Source: Polyangiales bacterium (GTDB lineage: Bacteria > Myxococcota_A > Polyangia > Polyangiales > Ga0077539). From it: a stretch of DNA of 64,000 nt. Positions 60,502 to 64,000 of this stretch are shown here, piece after piece. The stretch spans positions 160,001 to 224,000 of the forward strand of contig JBGARZ010000004.1 of assembly GCA_044229975.1 (NCBI GenBank), read 5' to 3'. The translations under genes were made by a program, and so were the position numbers. Below the pieces are notes generated by a model that ran no database searches, had not been told where the DNA came from, and was given only the letters and a program-made list of their open reading frames with translations. Every line of letters starts with the position of its first letter. The first letter of the stretch is position 1.

Positions 60502-61152
60502 ATGGTGAGCACCGCGCGATGCATCGTCGGGGTGGCGGTCGGGGTGGCGGTCGCGTCGTGGGCGAGCGTCGCTGGCGCGCAACTGACGCCGGAGGTGCGC
60601 GCGGCGGCGCAGCGGGCGTGCGGGAGCAGCGAAGAGCCATCGAGCGTCGCGGGTCCGTGGCGTCAGGGAGCGGGTGAGTTTTCGGCGGCGGTGTTCTGGC
60701 GCGAGGGGGCGGAGCGCGCGTGCCTGACGGTGGTGCAGCGGCGCGCGGGCGTGGTGTCGGTGGTGGCGCAGGGGGCGCTCGATGCGGGCTGGTCGGAGCG
60801 ATACAGCGAGCGGTACGCGCCGGGGTTGCGACCGGACGCGTTGTGGCTGCCGGGGCGCCCGCCGCTGCCCGTGACGGACACGATGCACATGGGGGCTGGC
60901 GGCGGAGGCGGTCACCAGACGACGGTGTGGCTCGCCGCGCGGGGTCGATGGGTCACCGTGCTGGCGCTGACGCTGGACGGCGCGATGAACATCAACACGG
61001 TGGTGGAGACACCATGCGACGCACCGGGTGCGATCGTGCAGCGGGGCGGGGTGCTGGTGGCGAGCGAGTGCTTCGATGGGAGCGTGACGGAGCGGAGGTT
61101 CCGCTTCGATGGGCGACGGTTTGTGGCGATGGGGGCGGCGGCGCGGCGGTAG
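60502..61152 (+). CDS. Secreted hypothetical protein
   Basis: Signal peptide ending AGA-Q; ends RFRFDGRRFV. Confidence 0.65.
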   Translation: MVSTARCIVGVAVGVAVASWASVAGAQLTPEVRAAAQRACGSSEEPSSVAGPWRQGAGEFSAAVFWREGAERACLTVVQRRAGVVSVVAQGALDAGWSERYSERYAPGLRPDALWLPGRPPLPVTDTMHMGAGGGGGHQTTVWLAARGRWVTVLALTLDGAMNINTVVETPCDAPGAIVQRGGVLVASECFDGSVTERRFRFDGRRFVAMGAAARR

Positions 61153-61162
61153 GGGGCTGCCA

Positions 61163-61215
61163 GGGCCCACGCCGCGGCGTCAGCGCGGCGCGCGACGGCT
61201 ACGCCTGCGGTCACC
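61163..61215. repeat. 53-bp REP-like unit (direct orientation)
   Basis: GGGCCCACGCCGCGGCGTCAGCGCGGCGCGC... homologous to the 21394 array. Confidence 0.85.
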
Positions 61216-61258
61216 TGAGTCAGTTGCCGCGGTCAACGTTCTGGTAGCGTGCGCGCGA

Positions 61259-62176
61259 GTGGGTCGCGTCCCATCAGCCCTGGGTCTTGTAGCGTTGGCG
61301 CTGCTCGCGGCGGGGTGCGAGCGACCACGCACCGAGATCGTCGTGAGCGTCGACTCCGAGCTCCCATGGGGCGACGGTCAGATGGTGCAGTCCGTCGTGC
61401 TCACGGTGCGCCGAGGCGGGCACACCGGTCCGCTTCGTAGCGTGCGCGCGACGGCGTTGGGTGTCGGGCGCGAGCGGCTGCCGCTGTCCGTGGGCGTGAT
61501 CGCGGCCGACGACGACACCGACACGCCAGTGTGGATCGAAGCGCTGGGATGCAGCGGCCCCAACGGGTGTACGACGGACGACGCGCGGGTGGCGCAGCGC
61601 GCGCTGGTGCGTTTCGTGCGCGGGCAGACGATGGAGCTTCCGCTGCTGCTCGCGGCGGCGTGCACCAGGGCGTCGTGCGCAGGTGACCAGCGGTGCGCGC
61701 CGACGACGGGGCAGTGCGAGGCGGCGACGCGGGCGCAGGAGGAGGTGCGGCCGTTCAATGGAATCGACGCATCGGTGGGGACGGATGTGGCGGTGCACGT
61801 GGATGGGGTGGTCGTGGGTGATGACGTGGGCGCGATCGACGCAGGCGCGGACGTCGCGACGATCGTCGATGCGTCGTTCGTGGACGTAGGCGCAACGGAC
61901 ACTGGACTGGTAGACGCCGAGAGAGCGGACGTTGGGCCAGTCGGCGGCGACGTGCGGGATGTGGGCGTCGTCGACACGGGGGAGGCAGGAGCGTCTGTCA
62001 CTTGCGGGAGTGGCTTGACGATTACGACCTGCGCTGGTCGCTACGCGTGTTGCGTCAACGTGTCTATACCGACGGACGGCGGGTCGATTCCGTTCGCTTC
62101 GCTCTGCGGTTGTCAGGTGCGCGCTGGACCCACTGTGTTGTCCTGCGCGCCGAGTGGGATCGCGAGCTGCGACTGA
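61259..62176 (+). CDS. Lipoprotein sharing the N-terminal domain of 35113..37494, with Asp-rich linker and Cys-rich tip
   Basis: Lipobox AAGC; TEIVVSVDSEL...LPLSVGV...RALVRFV...L.L..AC. Confidence 0.8.
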   Translation: MGRVPSALGLVALALLAAGCERPRTEIVVSVDSELPWGDGQMVQSVVLTVRRGGHTGPLRSVRATALGVGRERLPLSVGVIAADDDTDTPVWIEALGCSGPNGCTTDDARVAQRALVRFVRGQTMELPLLLAAACTRASCAGDQRCAPTTGQCEAATRAQEEVRPFNGIDASVGTDVAVHVDGVVVGDDVGAIDAGADVATIVDASFVDVGATDTGLVDAERADVGPVGGDVRDVGVVDTGEAGASVTCGSGLTITTCAGRYACCVNVSIPTDGGSIPFASLCGCQVRAGPTVLSCAPSGIASCD

Positions 62177-62181
62177 CCCGC

Positions 62182-62288
62182 GGCGACTGCGGGCCTGACC
62201 GTTGCGCGCCGCGCTGACGCCGCGGCGTGGGCCCTGGCGACCGCGGGCCTGACCGTTGCGCGCCGCGCTGACGCCGCGGCGTGGGCCC
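62182..62288. repeat. Two inverted 53-bp REP-like units
   Basis: Copies at 62182-62234 and 62236-62288; followed by CCTTGCGACCCTCGCGCCCTTGCG, identical to part of the MITE arm at 50396-50419. Confidence 0.88.
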
Positions 62289-62330
62289 TTGCGACCCTCG
62301 CGCCCTTGCGGCCTCTCCTCCCCCAACCAC

Positions 62331-63194
62331 TCACCCTCGCTCGCGTTCTCTCCTCCGTCGTCGCACCAGCGCCGCGAGCCCGACCGCCCACCACCACCCG
62401 ATCGCTCCCTCCTGCCCGCGCGTCCCGCTCGCCACGCACGACAGCCCGCTGCCCTCGTACGTCAGCCGCCCCGGGTCCGGCTCGCACACCGCGCGCACGG
62501 CCGCCGGGTACACCGCGCACAGCCCCGCGCGATCGTCCTCCGTCGGAACCCTCCGCCGCTCGCCCCGCCCCGCCGAGTACCACATCACGGCGCTCCGTTC
62601 GGCCGAGTGCGCGAGCCCCTGCGTGTGCCCGAACTCGTGCGTGATGATCGTCGCGAGGTCGGCCGCCTCGGCGCCCCCGTCCGTCGCGAAGAGAAAGCCG
62701 CCCGGGTTGCGCGGCCCGCGCAGGTTGAGCTCGGTGTCGGCGTCGAGAATCGACCCGCTCGGCGACGAGAACGTCACGATGGTGATCGCCGCCGCCTCGG
62801 GCGCGTGGAAGACGTCGTCGCCCCAGTGGTCGCGGAAGGTCACCGTGTTGAGGTTGGCCCTGCCCTCGAAGTACCCGACCGGCGCCGCCACGTCGTCGAG
62901 CACCGTCATCACGAAGTTCGCGCCCAGCGTCGACCCCGGGCACAGCGACGACGACCACGCCGCCGCCGCGTCCACCACCTGCTGGTGAAACGCCGCCGCC
63001 GTGAGGTCGGTCGGAAGCACTCGATGATCGGGCCGCAGCGACGTACACGCGCGCTGCCACGCGATGGGGGTGCCGCCGGGCGGGCATGCCGTGGGGTCGT
63101 TCTGCGCGCCGTTGGTGGTCGTGCGGCAGTAGGCGTGCGCGACCGTTGGCAGGGACAGCAGGGCGGTCATCAAGAGGGGCGTCGCGCGCTTCAC
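62331..63194 (-). CDS. Matrixin (M10) metalloprotease with MYXO-CTERM-like sorting signal
   Basis: Signal peptide (AHA-Y); HEFGHTQGLAHS, AVMW Met-turn; C-terminal GLSC...hydrophobic...RRRRR. Confidence 0.88.
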   Translation of the reverse strand: MKRATPLLMTALLSLPTVAHAYCRTTTNGAQNDPTACPPGGTPIAWQRACTSLRPDHRVLPTDLTAAAFHQQVVDAAAAWSSSLCPGSTLGANFVMTVLDDVAAPVGYFEGRANLNTVTFRDHWGDDVFHAPEAAAITIVTFSSPSGSILDADTELNLRGPRNPGGFLFATDGGAEAADLATIITHEFGHTQGLAHSAERSAVMWYSAGRGERRRVPTEDDRAGLCAVYPAAVRAVCEPDPGRLTYEGSGLSCVASGTRGQEGAIGWWWAVGLAALVRRRRRERERG

Positions 63195-63213
63195 GATGGT
63201 CGATGGTGGCGCG

Positions 63214-63900
63214 TCAGCGGGGCATCGCGCGCACGAGCGCGGCGAAGGTTTCGAGGCGCACCCCACCCGACGGAACCTCTCCCAGCACAGCCCCCACCAC
63301 CGGCGCGGGAGTGCGCGGGTCGGCGATGAGCGTGACGCCCTCGGTCGAAGCCGGTCGCACCATGGCGAGGTGGGTCACCGGGTCGAGCGTGACCGGGAGC
63401 TGACCGAGGCACAGGCCCGCGACGGTGAACTCACCCGCAGCAGTGCGGCGCAGCAGCACGACCCACGCGCCGCCGGGCCCGAAGTCGGGCGCGCCGGGGA
63501 GGTGCTGGGTGATGCCACCGATGGTTCCGCCGGGCAGTGACAGCGTGAGAGAGCCGGGTGCGAGAGAGCCGCGCAGCGTCTCGACGACGGTGACCTCGAC
63601 GCGGGTGACGATGCGCCCGTCGACCCAGCGGGCCGTGCGAACCGGGGCGGCGCTGGTGGTGATGACGGCGACGGCGTCGGCCTCGCGCACCATCACATCG
63701 AGCGGGCGCGCGACGAGCGTGGTGCCCGACGCGGACGGCGCGACGGCGGACGAGAGGGCAGCGCAGAGCGCGGCGACGAGCCAGCGGCGGCGGTGGGGGA
63801 GGGGGAGCGGCACCGGCAGAGCTTCTACGATGGTTTCGGGGTCGGATGGATGTCGGCGCGGGGCGACAGAATCACTACGCAGCGCGTCGGAGAACACCAT
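63214..63900 (-). CDS. Secreted protein resembling a stand-alone matrixin N-terminal/pro-domain
   Basis: TTL....D.MV.EAD.V, RIVTRV.V.V.ETLRG, LPGG.IG......GAP.F..G..VVLL; 19 bp upstream of the matrixin gene. Confidence 0.75.
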   Translation of the reverse strand: MVFSDALRSDSVAPRRHPSDPETIVEALPVPLPLPHRRRWLVAALCAALSSAVAPSASGTTLVARPLDVMVREADAVAVITTSAAPVRTARWVDGRIVTRVEVTVVETLRGSLAPGSLTLSLPGGTIGGITQHLPGAPDFGPGGAWVVLLRRTAAGEFTVAGLCLGQLPVTLDPVTHLAMVRPASTEGVTLIADPRTPAPVVGAVLGEVPSGGVRLETFAALVRAMPR

Positions 63901-63973
63901 CGCGAGGGGTCATCGCACAACCCTCCATCGACTCCGTTGACATCGACCGTGCAATGGGACTAACCCCGTCGCC

Positions 63974-64000
63974 ATGCGACGATTTCACACGGGGTTTCTG
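63974..64000 (+). CDS. Possible start of next gene (truncated)
   Basis: ATG at 63974 open to the window end; TTGACA at 63937-63942 upstream. Confidence 0.3.

Noticed and set aside
63937..63966. Sigma70 promoter (TTGACA)
   Set aside because: Perfect -35 but no convincing -10 at 16-18 bp spacing; not supportable without transcript data.

Overview
Very GC-rich bacterial chromosomal window with the hallmarks of Myxococcota (Polyangia-like, inferred): four Hanks-type Ser/Thr kinases, TPR-PEGA proteins, many Cys-rich or Asp-Val-Pro-linker lipoproteins, a MYXO-CTERM-like protease and an AgmX/TonB-C-like protein. About 50 genes are readable, including cobB, argG, gdhA, batD/batE, CDF and MFS transporters, LysR+SDR, a DGPF/YciI-ECF42 pair with its cognate promoter, an IDO-family heme enzyme, a patatin, and M10/M15/M23/M43-like peptidases. 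No rRNA, complete tRNA, CRISPR array or transposase was found. The strongest candidates for undescribed biology are: (1) an XRE regulator followed by a translationally coupled atypical Hsp70 (extra domain at the interdomain linker), an HPD-less J-like protein and a membrane protein; (2) a kinase + TPR-PEGA + surface lipoprotein cassette present twice, which looks like a trans-envelope signalling module; (3) a Uma2 nuclease with an Rpn-like tail inserted into the DGPF-ECF42 locus between degenerate 46-bp direct repeats; (4) unusually rich intergenic architecture, with four unrelated long inverted-repeat elements (one with an 11-bp target-site duplication), a 53-bp REP-like family, and phased 21/22-, 37- and 42-bp arrays. 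All family calls come from motif reading by eye, not database searches.
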